Assembly: GCA_016214555.1 (NCBI GenBank)
Contig: JACROF010000004.1
Coordinates: forward strand, 276-64,275
DNA from: Candidatus Levyibacteriota bacterium
GTDB lineage: Bacteria; Patescibacteriota; Microgenomatia; Levybacterales; UBA12049
Direction of reading: 5' to 3'
DNA length: 64,000 nt
The position numbers and the translations under genes are program-made. This document shows positions 18,311-28,257 of the stretch, one piece after another; position 1 is the first letter of the stretch, and each line of letters starts with the position of its first letter. The notes beneath the pieces are model-generated. The model did no database searches, was not told the origin of the DNA, and worked only from the letters and a program-made list of their open reading frames with translations.

Positions 18311-19789
18311 ATGAAAATGTTTATCGATTTTCTTAAGAAAAATTTTTATACTCTTTTACTTCTCGCAGTTTTATCCAGCATATTTAGAATCTTCTTTATG
18401 GAGAATATTCAGTTTGCATCTGATCAATCATTGAGTTTTTATACTGTATATTCCTTTGTTGTTAATCACCAATTTCCATCAATTGGAATGATGTCAAGCG
18501 CAGGATTCTATAATTTTCCATTATTTCTCTATTTTATGTCATTTCTTTCCTTTATTTACACCGAAATAAAATTTTTGACATTTGAGATTGCTATGCTCAA
18601 TGTATTTGCAGTTTTAGGATTTTATTATTTTGCTAGAAAATTTTACTCTCAATTTGTTGCAGTTTCCTCTTCTCTTTTGCTTGCTCTTGCACCTTGGCCT
18701 ATTCTTTTTTCACGCGTTATTTGGCAGCAGGATGTTATCATAGTGTTTCTACTTCCATTTCTTTATTTCTTTCATCGTCTTATTTATCTTAAAGATAAAA
18801 AATCCACTCTTGCAACATTCTTTTTCGGTGTTTTACTCATGCAAATTCATACATCCTGCATATTTTTTATTGCAATCAGCATAGTATATGCATATTCTCA
18901 AAAAGTTAAATTTAAAAAACTCTATGCTATTTTAGGAACGGTTTTAGGGCTTATACCAGCTATACCTTATTTGCGATACCAATTTTTCTCAGGTATTTTT
19001 TGTGCGGATTGTTCCAGACTAGCTCAGAGTCGTTCAAATACGTTTACTCTTGATATGTTTAATTTTTTACGACCTCTTGAGCTGTTTACGACGTTTAATT
19101 TTGATTTTCAACTAGGAAAGAGTTATCAAGAATTTGTTAGCTCTAGTTTTTTAATCATCCCTATACAGATTATTACGTTATTTAGTAGTGTTTTGGTGCT
19201 TATGGGAATTTACTTTGTAAGTAGGAAAAATAAGAAATATAGCTTACTTGCCGCCTATTCTGTATTTTTACCTATTTTATATTTTTTTGCAGGTAATGTT
19301 GCCTACATGCATTACTTTGCAGTAATTGTACCAGTTGTAGCATTGCTTGCAGGTCTTGGGTTTGAGTATTTGGTAAAAATAACAAAAAGATCAGTAGTCA
19401 GAAAATTTTTTTATGTCCTGTTTTCATTAGTCTTATTAAGCTTCTTCCTTTTTGAAGTCTTGTTTAATTCGTTTCTCTCAACAAAAAAGCAAGTATTAGG
19501 TGATTATGCACGCATTTGGGAAGTTGGGGAAAATATAATAACTCGTCGCTTGCAACCTTATGAAGGTGAGCCTTATTATACAGACCTAAAATACTTTTCA
19601 TCTGTGTACATCTATAGTAGTTTGTTTCACTTAATTGTGGGGGATTACTTAATGGCAAAAAATAATGTTGAAGGAGCTATTAATGAATACTCGCAGTATT
19701 TGAATGGCACATCTGATTTGCAAGGCACACCTGGGGATACACAGATAAGAGAAAGATTAGACAATCTCAAAAAACAGTTGCACAAATAA
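18311..19789 (+). CDS. Polytopic membrane protein, GT-C-fold glycosyltransferase-like
   Basis: About 12 TM helices and a size and architecture like ArnT/PMT-type transferases. Paralogous to other large membrane ORFs in this window. Confidence 0.4.
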   Translation: MKMFIDFLKKNFYTLLLLAVLSSIFRIFFMENIQFASDQSLSFYTVYSFVVNHQFPSIGMMSSAGFYNFPLFLYFMSFLSFIYTEIKFLTFEIAMLNVFAVLGFYYFARKFYSQFVAVSSSLLLALAPWPILFSRVIWQQDVIIVFLLPFLYFFHRLIYLKDKKSTLATFFFGVLLMQIHTSCIFFIAISIVYAYSQKVKFKKLYAILGTVLGLIPAIPYLRYQFFSGIFCADCSRLAQSRSNTFTLDMFNFLRPLELFTTFNFDFQLGKSYQEFVSSSFLIIPIQIITLFSSVLVLMGIYFVSRKNKKYSLLAAYSVFLPILYFFAGNVAYMHYFAVIVPVVALLAGLGFEYLVKITKRSVVRKFFYVLFSLVLLSFFLFEVLFNSFLSTKKQVLGDYARIWEVGENIITRRLQPYEGEPYYTDLKYFSSVYIYSSLFHLIVGDYLMAKNNVEGAINEYSQYLNGTSDLQGTPGDTQIRERLDNLKKQLHK

Positions 19790-19923
19790 GATAGTTGTTT
19801 TTTGCTAAATCGGCATTATTTATATCTTCATACATTTTTATCTCTGAGTGGTTTGTACGATATTAACGTTCTCTTCTTTTATTTTCAATATTTTAATTTA
19901 ACACAGTATGAGGTAGAGTATTT

Positions 19924-21849
19924 GTGATGAAAGAAAGAGTATCTTTTTTAGATGGCTTGAGAGGATTTGCAGCTATCAGTGTGGTCATTGGTCATCTTCA
20001 TCTTGAAACTGTCTCTTATACTCACATTCCAATTCTATCTTATCTTTTTTATTTTATTTCCAACGGTGTAAATGCTGTACAAATATTTTTTGTACTGAGC
20101 GGTTTTTTAATGGCTTATTTATACCCAACTATTTCATCACCATTTCTCTTTATTAAAAGAAGATATGCTCGTATTTTCCCTCTTTTAGGAGTGATAGTTT
20201 TGATGATAGGGATTAGCACATTTTTGGAAATAAATCTTTGGTACCAGCAGTTGTTACTTTTGATACTCATTGCATTAATAACTGCTTTTGCTTGGAGGAT
20301 ACTTAAAAATACGAAAAATGTCGGAAATATAATTTTTTTACTATTTATTGCTCTTCAAGTGACGATAGGATCAATTTATTTTTTGATGTCCATAACTTCC
20401 TCAATGCAAAATCCTGACAATATGTTATTACCAACAATGGCAAACTTAACCCTTACAACGCCGCTTTTATCAATAGCTGAGCCATTCAGAAGTCCATTTT
20501 GGAGTCTTGCTCCTGAAGTTTTGTTTTATCTTGTGTATCCATTTTTTGTTATTCCGCTAATAAATTATGGCAAGAAGAAAGGTTTACTTTTTAACATCGT
20601 TATGGTTGTCATAGTAACAAAAATTCTATTTGATTTAGATAGCGCAGTCATTTCGTTAGCAAATCTTCAGACCATGCATATCGGTAGGTCATCAGGTTTT
20701 ATAGTTGGAGTACTTGTCGGATCTATCTATAGCGTTCAAGGAAAATCTTGGATGTTTTTAAAGGAAAAACTTGCAATTCCAAAAGTGGATTTAGTCGTTC
20801 TTGCTCTTTTTATTTTCATGCAGACAAATTACTTTCATATTACTGATTTGAACGATTATATTTCTACCAATCTTTATTTTCTTATCTCAAGCATTATTAT
20901 TGGACTAACGATACTTTGTGCACTTTCGGAAAATAATATTATTAACAAAATTTTTACTCATAAAGTTTTGATGTTTTTAGGAGTTATAAGTTATTCACTT
21001 TACATCGTTCATCAAGATGTTATTAATTGGATGACTAGTATTTTTCCTAAATTATCAAATAATGATGTGCAAAGTATTGTTTTTTCTCTTATTGCTATTG
21101 CTGTCACAATTGGTATTGCATTTTTTCTAAATAGAGTGGTTGAATCTCTCTACTTTTCATCTAAAAAATCGATAAAACTTAACAAAACAAAAGAAAGCAT
21201 AAAGCAAGACAAAAGCTTTTTATATGTAAGTATGAAGTTAGTAATTCTTATGATATTTCTCCTTGTAATATACGTTGCCAGATATTCACCTTCATTTTTT
21301 ATTCACAGGCATAATGTATCAAAAAGTCTGCTTTCATCAAAAAAAGCACTTATTCATGAGCCATATGAGATCACTTTTTATTCATCGCATAATAATTTGA
21401 GTATTGTATCGTTGGACATGAAATATAAAAAAAGCGCTAGCGAAACCCAAGCCACTATTAAAAAGCCGGCGATTCTTCAATTTGAGCTTTATGACTCAAA
21501 GAATATTTTAATATCCAATTCAAAACGTGCAGCATATTTGGTAGAAGGTGCACCACATTTTGATTTTGGTTTTTCACCTATTCATGATTCAGCAAGCAAA
21601 AACTATAAAATTAAACTTATTTTAGAAGGTGGATCTCGATTTGATCAGGTATTTTTAGATACATCTTCAACAAGTATGGTTACAAAGTACATAATTCCCG
21701 TAAAAATATCATCAGCTGTTTTCTCATTAATTCTCAATAGGTTGGTATTTTTTGCTAACACTATTCCTGCGATCTTTGCTTTGATATTTTTTGCTGTGAT
21801 TTTTATCCTAGACAAAAAAATTCCTACATACCCTAGTAAGGGAAAATAA
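19924..21849 (+). CDS. Acyltransferase family 3 (OafA/YrhL-like O-acyltransferase) with a C-terminal extracytoplasmic domain
   Basis: SFLDGLRGFAAISVVIGHL N-terminal signature of PF01757-type acyltransferases, 10 TM helices, then a soluble domain of about 200 aa. Confidence 0.7.
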   Translation: MMKERVSFLDGLRGFAAISVVIGHLHLETVSYTHIPILSYLFYFISNGVNAVQIFFVLSGFLMAYLYPTISSPFLFIKRRYARIFPLLGVIVLMIGISTFLEINLWYQQLLLLILIALITAFAWRILKNTKNVGNIIFLLFIALQVTIGSIYFLMSITSSMQNPDNMLLPTMANLTLTTPLLSIAEPFRSPFWSLAPEVLFYLVYPFFVIPLINYGKKKGLLFNIVMVVIVTKILFDLDSAVISLANLQTMHIGRSSGFIVGVLVGSIYSVQGKSWMFLKEKLAIPKVDLVVLALFIFMQTNYFHITDLNDYISTNLYFLISSIIIGLTILCALSENNIINKIFTHKVLMFLGVISYSLYIVHQDVINWMTSIFPKLSNNDVQSIVFSLIAIAVTIGIAFFLNRVVESLYFSSKKSIKLNKTKESIKQDKSFLYVSMKLVILMIFLLVIYVARYSPSFFIHRHNVSKSLLSSKKALIHEPYEITFYSSHNNLSIVSLDMKYKKSASETQATIKKPAILQFELYDSKNILISNSKRAAYLVEGAPHFDFGFSPIHDSASKNYKIKLILEGGSRFDQVFLDTSSTSMVTKYIIPVKISSAVFSLILNRLVFFANTIPAIFALIFFAVIFILDKKIPTYPSKGK

Positions 21850-21871
21850 TTGAGAAAAATAATGACCCTTT

Positions 21872-23419
21872 GTGTTATTGAGATTGATTTGGAATAATAA
21901 TTCTATGCCGCAAAGAGCAAAAGTTGTTATAGAGATTTTTGTTGTACTTTTTGTTTCGTATTGCATATATCTTTCTGCTTTGTTCGTGATTAATGGTGAA
22001 GTGCATTTAACAAATGATATTGGTCGGGATTTTCTCCTGCTTCAAGAGCTTGATCAAAAAAAGATTGTGCTTATTGGTCCAAGAACTAATATTCAAGGAG
22101 TTTTTCATGGAGTCTTGTGGACATATCTCAATTACCCAGCCTACCTGATTGGTCGTGGAGATCCAGTAGTCGTTGCGTGGTTTTGGGTAATGATTGAAGC
22201 AGTTTATCTTATTACAAGCTATATTATTTTTTCAAAATTGTTTGGGAGGATAATTGCGCTTATTGGCATCGTGCTGCTTGCAATTATTTCTTTGCAAATG
22301 ACCAATAGTCTTTTTGGTCAGCTAATGAGTTTTTATCTTATGCCAGCGTTCGTGTTTACACTTTATAGATATTTTCAAACAAAAAATGTAAGGTATGTTG
22401 TTTTTCACTTGCTGATACTCGGATGCATAATCCAGTTCAATGTCGGAGTTGGCGGATTAGTAGCTGTTTTAACAATCATTTTGATTGGAGGGTTTATATA
22501 TAGACATTCATTATGGAAACATATTTTTTCTCTAGTAGTTTTGCCATTTAGCCTTGTAAATTTTGTCATATTCGAAACAAAACACAATTTTTCTATGACA
22601 AAAGCATTGGTAGAGATGGGAGGATCATCAAAATTTATTATCCCAGTTCATGCATGGGTTTTTAATAGAATTGAAAATACAATATCTCTTCAACTCCTCC
22701 CAAACCTCCATCAGGGTTTGAAGATTGGTATTTTTGCAGCTGTGATATTTTTAAGCATTTTAGAATTAAGAAAGAAAGAGAAAAATTCACTTTTACTAAT
22801 AATTGTTTTTTTCTATTTTGGCTACATTCTATTAACTTATTTTAATAAGGGAATTATTTTAGTTGATCATATCGTTCTACTTTCACCTATCGCATTGATG
22901 TGGTTATTGACTTTAACAAAGGGTACCTATAAATTTCTTTCTGCTTTTATTTTATTTGTTATTGTTGGAGTAAATTTTTTTACCACAAGAAATCAGGTAA
23001 TGTATGCAATACATAATCAGCTTGGAAAATCACAAGATTCGTGGTTAGCTCTAAAGGAAGTGGCAATGACAGTTGTAGATGAACAAGACGGGAAAAATTT
23101 TGGCTATTATGTTTATTCACCAGACTCTTTTGCATATCAACAGCGGTACGCAATGCTTTATTATTTTCGAAAAACCAATGCGTCAGCGAGTGAGTATGTG
23201 AAAAAACCTGAGACATATATTATTATCTCTGCTCCCCCGCCTGATAATCGCTACATGACTCATGAGTGGTGGGTAAAAAATAAGGCAAATATAACATCAA
23301 CACCAAAAGAAAAGAGGATTTTTCAAAGTGGGTATAAGATTGAGAAATATTTTCTAGATAAAAACGAGCAAAAAATTCCTCATAATCCAGATATAGAATT
23401 AGGCATACATTTTAGATAG
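21872..23419 (+). CDS. Polytopic membrane protein, GT-C-like
   Basis: Hydropathy and size only. Grouped with the GT-C-like paralogs by context. Confidence 0.35.
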   Translation: MLLRLIWNNNSMPQRAKVVIEIFVVLFVSYCIYLSALFVINGEVHLTNDIGRDFLLLQELDQKKIVLIGPRTNIQGVFHGVLWTYLNYPAYLIGRGDPVVVAWFWVMIEAVYLITSYIIFSKLFGRIIALIGIVLLAIISLQMTNSLFGQLMSFYLMPAFVFTLYRYFQTKNVRYVVFHLLILGCIIQFNVGVGGLVAVLTIILIGGFIYRHSLWKHIFSLVVLPFSLVNFVIFETKHNFSMTKALVEMGGSSKFIIPVHAWVFNRIENTISLQLLPNLHQGLKIGIFAAVIFLSILELRKKEKNSLLLIIVFFYFGYILLTYFNKGIILVDHIVLLSPIALMWLLTLTKGTYKFLSAFILFVIVGVNFFTTRNQVMYAIHNQLGKSQDSWLALKEVAMTVVDEQDGKNFGYYVYSPDSFAYQQRYAMLYYFRKTNASASEYVKKPETYIIISAPPPDNRYMTHEWWVKNKANITSTPKEKRIFQSGYKIEKYFLDKNEQKIPHNPDIELGIHFR

Positions 23420-23461
23420 GGCTCCCGCTTATTAGTATAAAGAAATCTTTGAAAATTCTTA

Positions 23462-23490
23462 TTGACACAATTGTTATAAGTAGTTATAGT
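23462..23490 (+). promoter_or_regulatory. Sigma70-type promoter TTGACA-17-TATAGT
   Basis: TTGACA at 23462-23467, a 17-nt spacer, TATAGT at 23485-23490, and ATG at 23504. Confidence 0.4.
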
Positions 23491-23503
23491 TTTGGTTGAA
23501 TAG

Positions 23504-24646
23504 ATGAGCAATTTGCTAGAAACAAGTCCACGTATTGACCCCTCAGTTAAAGAACAAGCAGATGCTATTCTCGCATCGCTCCCTAAAGATAGAGAGGCAG
23601 CAACGGCTCGATGGGAAGAAGTTGGCAGACAAGATAAGGCGTCACTTTCTCTTCGAGCTCGAGAGATAGCTACGCTTGGATTTTTTCCATCAATTCTTGT
23701 CGAGGAGACCAAGCCAGATATGTTTGTTAATAAAGAAGATGAACAGCCACCCCAGTATCGACGAGCTATCTGGGTTCAGGGACCTGAAAGAGACCCCGAG
23801 ACTGGCTTTGGGTATGCAGGTGCGGTCGTTATGGATGACGAAGGAACTCTCTGGAAAGGATTTGCAGGTCGTGATGGAGGCGGCGAGATAGATTCATTTG
23901 GATTTGAGTCAGCTCAGGAAGTTCACCTTGAGGATTACCCAGGATACGCTGTTCATGCACGAAATTCGATGCAAGCACTTCTTGAAGAGAGGACCGGGAT
24001 TGCTGCTAGAAGGTGGGAAAAAGAACAAGCAGAGAGATTAGTGCGTGATAAACAGAGTATAGAAAAAGAAAATGAAAAATATGTTGGGAAGACTGACTTA
24101 AGGGAAGGAAACACAGATGATATTGGAGAAAAGGCAAATGAGCATATGGTGCAAATTGCTAAAATGAGTGAAATGGTTAAGTCTCCTAATTCGGCCATTA
24201 CTCCAGAGCAGTATGTAAATATTCTTGGTCATATTTTGTCTGCCCAAGATTTTTCTGAGTTTCCTGGTTCAGATATGGTAATGAGTACTGGGGCAAGAGA
24301 GCTTGGATTTGTCGCAGGATCATTAGTTGCTGTCTTGGATGAGGACTTAGGCAAAGAGCTTTATGCTCTTATGAAGGAGATGTGGGAGTCATTTGCTGGA
24401 AGTACTTATCGAATACGAAGAGTTTTTCAAACACCGTTGCAGGATACACCTGAGGATGGAAGAATTTATACTGCTTTTGGATGGCATGCATATGATAGGC
24501 AATCATCAGGAGATAGTTTTTTTTCTCTCCCAGAATTTGGAGAGCTTCCAGATGCTTTTAGGGTAGGTGAAGATGGTACTATTTCAATTGAAGAGGTTAC
24601 CGACTGGCTTCTGAATACATCACCCCCATCTTTGCAGGAAGAGTAA
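23504..24646 (+). CDS. Hypothetical acidic soluble protein; compositionally atypical (about 50% GC)
   Basis: 380 aa with no TM and no motif recognised. GC is far above neighbouring genes, and the minus-strand shadow ORFs appear only here. Confidence 0.5.
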   Translation: MSNLLETSPRIDPSVKEQADAILASLPKDREAATARWEEVGRQDKASLSLRAREIATLGFFPSILVEETKPDMFVNKEDEQPPQYRRAIWVQGPERDPETGFGYAGAVVMDDEGTLWKGFAGRDGGGEIDSFGFESAQEVHLEDYPGYAVHARNSMQALLEERTGIAARRWEKEQAERLVRDKQSIEKENEKYVGKTDLREGNTDDIGEKANEHMVQIAKMSEMVKSPNSAITPEQYVNILGHILSAQDFSEFPGSDMVMSTGARELGFVAGSLVAVLDEDLGKELYALMKEMWESFAGSTYRIRRVFQTPLQDTPEDGRIYTAFGWHAYDRQSSGDSFFSLPEFGELPDAFRVGEDGTISIEEVTDWLLNTSPPSLQEE

Positions 24647-24657
24647 GCTTTTGCTTC

Positions 24658-26136
24658 ATGAAATTTTTACTTAAGAAGCAACATCTTACAAAATTATTAT
24701 TCCTTTTTTTTGCATTTCTTTACTACATCTTTTTTGCAAATAAAATTCTTTCTCTCTTTGATGAGGGGTATTTTGCTCACTTAGCGCAAAGAATATCAAT
24801 TGGGGAAGTTCCATATAAGGATTTTTCCTTACAGTACGGTCCAACGTATATATATCTGCTTGCGGGATTATATAAAATTTTTGGAACATCACTTATCGTT
24901 GGAAGATATCTGAATATTATTATCTGCGTATTTATCGTTGGTTTTGTTTTTGCGATTTTGAACAGAATCCATATTGGCAACAAAAAAGTATGGATACTAT
25001 CTTTTTTATCACTAATTTCTTTTGGATACCCGTTAATCAACATCACACATCTTATCTGGGCGAGTGTTTTGTCTGTCACACTTTCTATTTATCTGGCAAT
25101 TTGCATTTTAACATCTCAAGAAAGAAAAATTCGACTTGAGGTTCTTCTTGGAATATCAATAGCAGTGTCTCTTTCTCTTAAGCAAAATTTCGGCATATTT
25201 TTAATTGTCGCAATACTCCCATATTTATATTTTATGACTACATATTCACTTAGCGAAAAAATTAAATCTCTACTTACAATATCAAGCGTTGTTGTTGTCC
25301 TGACATTTTTTTGGCTTTACCTTTTCTTTTTTGCAGATAACATACAGGGATTAAGGGATTTTTACGTTTTCAGCAAAACTTTTGCTCAGAAAATGATGTT
25401 TAGCTATCCACCTCTTTCTATCGCGCTGCAACCATTTGGAGTATTTAAGTTGATTCCTTACTATCTTCCGTTGATCCTTGTTCCTATTATTTTCGTTGGT
25501 TTAATTAAGAAAACATTTAACAAATCAATTCTTCTTTTTTCGATAATCTCAGTTGGTTGTTTTATTGTATCTGTGTATCCACAAAGTGATCTTATCCATT
25601 GTTACCCGTTTTTTGGACTTGTTCTTGTCTCGATACTTCTTTTGTCATATCAGTCCACATGGAGACTTGTTGCAATCCCTGTTGTTTTCTTATCGATCAT
25701 TATTGGTTTTTATCTTACATTTTTTACTAAAGCTTATCGATATGAAAGCTATTACTTTGAGAAAAGCACAACATTACCTTTTGAAAGAGCAAGAGGGATA
25801 AGTCTTGATGTTATTAACGCAAAAACCATCACAGAAGCAGGTAATTATATTCAAGCTCACACAACAAAAGATGATTATATTTTTTCTTATCCTCATGAAC
25901 CAATGTTTTATTTTCTTCTTGACCGAAAAAATCCATCCAGGGATATAGTTTATTTTCTTCGTTATTGGCATTTTTATGACGATGAGGTAATAATTAATGA
26001 AATCTTATCTAAAAAAACAAAATATATTATTGCGTCTGGGAATTATGTAAATGATTCAAAGCTTTCAAGTTTTATACAACAACAGAAAATTGTTTATAAA
26101 ACAAGGGGGTACACTATTTTTTCCATAGGATATTGA
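24658..26136 (+). CDS. GT-C glycosyltransferase, ArnT/PMT-like
   Basis: FDEGYFAHLAQ (DE motif) in the first extracytoplasmic loop, with about 11 TM helices. Confidence 0.5.
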   Translation: MKFLLKKQHLTKLLFLFFAFLYYIFFANKILSLFDEGYFAHLAQRISIGEVPYKDFSLQYGPTYIYLLAGLYKIFGTSLIVGRYLNIIICVFIVGFVFAILNRIHIGNKKVWILSFLSLISFGYPLINITHLIWASVLSVTLSIYLAICILTSQERKIRLEVLLGISIAVSLSLKQNFGIFLIVAILPYLYFMTTYSLSEKIKSLLTISSVVVVLTFFWLYLFFFADNIQGLRDFYVFSKTFAQKMMFSYPPLSIALQPFGVFKLIPYYLPLILVPIIFVGLIKKTFNKSILLFSIISVGCFIVSVYPQSDLIHCYPFFGLVLVSILLLSYQSTWRLVAIPVVFLSIIIGFYLTFFTKAYRYESYYFEKSTTLPFERARGISLDVINAKTITEAGNYIQAHTTKDDYIFSYPHEPMFYFLLDRKNPSRDIVYFLRYWHFYDDEVIINEILSKKTKYIIASGNYVNDSKLSSFIQQQKIVYKTRGYTIFSIGY

Positions 26137-26173
26137 CAGAAAAATTGTTCACTATACAATAGACAATACCTCC

Positions 26174-26833
26174 ATGCATTCAGTCCGTATAGTTAAGTCT
26201 TCTCGAAAAAGTATCTCACTGCAGGTGACGCCAAGTGGCGAGGTTATCGCAAGGGCACCAAAATTTATGCCAGACATTCTCATTAAGGCATTTGTTAAAA
26301 AACAAGAACGTTGGATTGAAGCACACTTGAAGAAAGTTTCTTTATATCCCAAAAGAATTTCTCATACTTATTCAACAGGAGATGAATTTTGGTATCTGGG
26401 CGAAAGAATTTCTTTGACAATTGGTCCGTACAAAAAGATTGAGGTGAGATCTGGCAAGCTTTATTTTCCTGAAATCTTACTTTTTCGAATTAAGAGAGAG
26501 TTAACAGATTTTTATATCAAGAAGGCGCGGGATATAATAACTAACGAAGTTGAAGATTTTACACATAAAATGCATACGACGTATAAAGATATCTCATTTT
26601 CCGATACTAAGTCACAGTGGGGGAGGTGTACTCACGACAATCGACTCCAATTTAGTTGGAAACTTGTCATGTCCCCTCTTTTAACAATTCGCTATGTGGT
26701 GATCCATGAATTGGCTCATACCTTGGAGAAAAATCATTCTAGGGCTTTTTGGAGTAAGGTGAGACAATTTATTCCCTCATATAGGCAACAAATTAAATGG
26801 CTTAAGGAAAATGGCAGATCACTTACTGTCTAG
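26174..26833 (+). CDS. YgjP/DUF45-family metal-dependent hydrolase (M48-like HExxH)
   Basis: VVIHELAHTLEKNHSRAFW motif and a 219-aa length typical of the family. Confidence 0.7.
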   Translation: MHSVRIVKSSRKSISLQVTPSGEVIARAPKFMPDILIKAFVKKQERWIEAHLKKVSLYPKRISHTYSTGDEFWYLGERISLTIGPYKKIEVRSGKLYFPEILLFRIKRELTDFYIKKARDIITNEVEDFTHKMHTTYKDISFSDTKSQWGRCTHDNRLQFSWKLVMSPLLTIRYVVIHELAHTLEKNHSRAFWSKVRQFIPSYRQQIKWLKENGRSLTV

Positions 26834-28167
26834 ATTTCAAAAACCTCAGACATTTTTGGGAGAAATATTTCAAGTCCTGCCTTACTAATTTTTTTCTGAA
26901 GAGCATGTTGTTGAGGCAGTTCTCCGTGTGTGAGATAAACTTTTTTTGCTGTTGCAATGTGTTCAAGCCAAGTAATGAGTTTTGGTTGATCAGCGTGTGA
27001 GCTAAGCGCTTTGATTTCTCTGATGTGTGCTCGTACGGTAACGGATTGCTTCTCGATACGAACATTTTTTGCACCCTCTAAAATTTTCCTTCCAATTGTT
27101 TCTTCAGATTGGTAGCCAACAAAAAGGATCCTTGTTGATGATCTCGGAAGAAATGTAGTTGCATGACGAAGAATTCGTCCGCCTGACATCATTCCTGATC
27201 CTGCAATGATTACCTTAGGATCAGGTTCATGAAGAATATTTTTGCTGTCTTTTGACTCGCTCGTAACTATTGCGCCTTCGAAGTTGAAAGGGATTTCTAT
27301 ATGACTTTGAAGCTCTTCATTGTAAAAATCTTTAAAATCCAAATACACAGTCGTTGCATCAATACCCATGGGTGAATCGAGAAATACTTTTGTGTCGGGG
27401 TGAACTTTTTTGTCCTTCTTTAGATGATTGATTATATGAAGAATTTCTTGTGTTCTTTCAAGTGCAAATGCTGGAATAAGAAGTGTGCCTGGTTTATTTT
27501 CGATTTCATTAATTTCCTCTTGAATTATTTTTGCTGGATTTTCTTTGGGATGTGAGGAATCTCCATAGGTTGACTCCATAACGACTGCATCAGCATTGTC
27601 AAAATAGTCAGTCGGTTTTACGATTGATTGAGGTGAATTTCCTAGATCTCCACTAAAGATGATAGATTTTTTTGACTCGTTATCGGTAATTTTGATACTC
27701 GATGATCCCAGAATATGTCCTGCGTCCTTGAATTCTGCTTTTAAGCTTTTTAGTAGAATTGGATGGTCGTATGAGACTATTTCAATCATTTTTATTGTTT
27801 TCCATACCTCGTCAGTTGTATATAAAGGAGACTTATCTCTATCTTTTTCTGCTATTCTTGCAGCATCCTCAAGAATAATTTGAACAAGAGATGCTGTAGG
27901 TTTGGTCATATATATTTTTCCTTTGAAACCACCAAACACTAAAAGTGGAAGTCTTCCGCAGTGGTCTAAATGTGCGTGCGTTAAGAAAACGGCCTGGAGA
28001 GTGGATGGGTTAAAAGAAAGAGGTTCAAAATTATGCTTTTCAATTTCAGGTCTTCCTTGGAACATACCAAAATCTACGAGTATTTGATTGGTGTCGTCTA
28101 GTGTAACGAGGTAATTTGAGCCAGTAACTTCGCCACCGCTTGCTCCTAAGAATTCAATCTTCATCAC
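26830..28167 (-). CDS. Metallo-beta-lactamase / beta-CASP ribonuclease (CPSF / RNase J-like)
   Basis: LTHAHLDHCGRLP motif II, FLGASGGEVTGSNYLV N-terminus and a beta-CASP segment; 445 aa. Confidence 0.75.
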   Translation of the reverse strand: MMKIEFLGASGGEVTGSNYLVTLDDTNQILVDFGMFQGRPEIEKHNFEPLSFNPSTLQAVFLTHAHLDHCGRLPLLVFGGFKGKIYMTKPTASLVQIILEDAARIAEKDRDKSPLYTTDEVWKTIKMIEIVSYDHPILLKSLKAEFKDAGHILGSSSIKITDNESKKSIIFSGDLGNSPQSIVKPTDYFDNADAVVMESTYGDSSHPKENPAKIIQEEINEIENKPGTLLIPAFALERTQEILHIINHLKKDKKVHPDTKVFLDSPMGIDATTVYLDFKDFYNEELQSHIEIPFNFEGAIVTSESKDSKNILHEPDPKVIIAGSGMMSGGRILRHATTFLPRSSTRILFVGYQSEETIGRKILEGAKNVRIEKQSVTVRAHIREIKALSSHADQPKLITWLEHIATAKKVYLTHGELPQQHALQKKISKAGLEIFLPKMSEVFEI

Positions 28168-28222
28168 CCCCAGTATACTTATTCCTGCAAAAATTTACTA
28201 GAGAAATTATATAACCTATAGT

Positions 28223-28252
28223 TTGATATTATCTTCTTGTCCTGTTATAATT
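28223..28252 (+). promoter_or_regulatory. Promoter TTGATA-18-TGnTATAAT lying 5 nt upstream of the start codon
   Basis: ttgata at 28223-28228 and tgttataat at 28244-28252. The ATG is at 28258, so the transcript is leaderless or nearly so. Confidence 0.4.
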
Positions 28253-28257
28253 TAGGT

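Noticed and set aside
23380-24198. Minus-strand ORFs of 110 and 81 aa inside the GC-rich gene
   Set aside because: They appear only because the higher GC removes stop codons. The + strand ORF is 380 aa long and has its own promoter.
23462-24646. Whether the GC-rich gene is part of a prophage or integrative element
   Set aside because: It is a single gene flanked on both sides by native-looking GT-C genes. No integrase, tRNA-adjacent att site or repeat was noticed. It is kept as a single-gene HGT candidate only.
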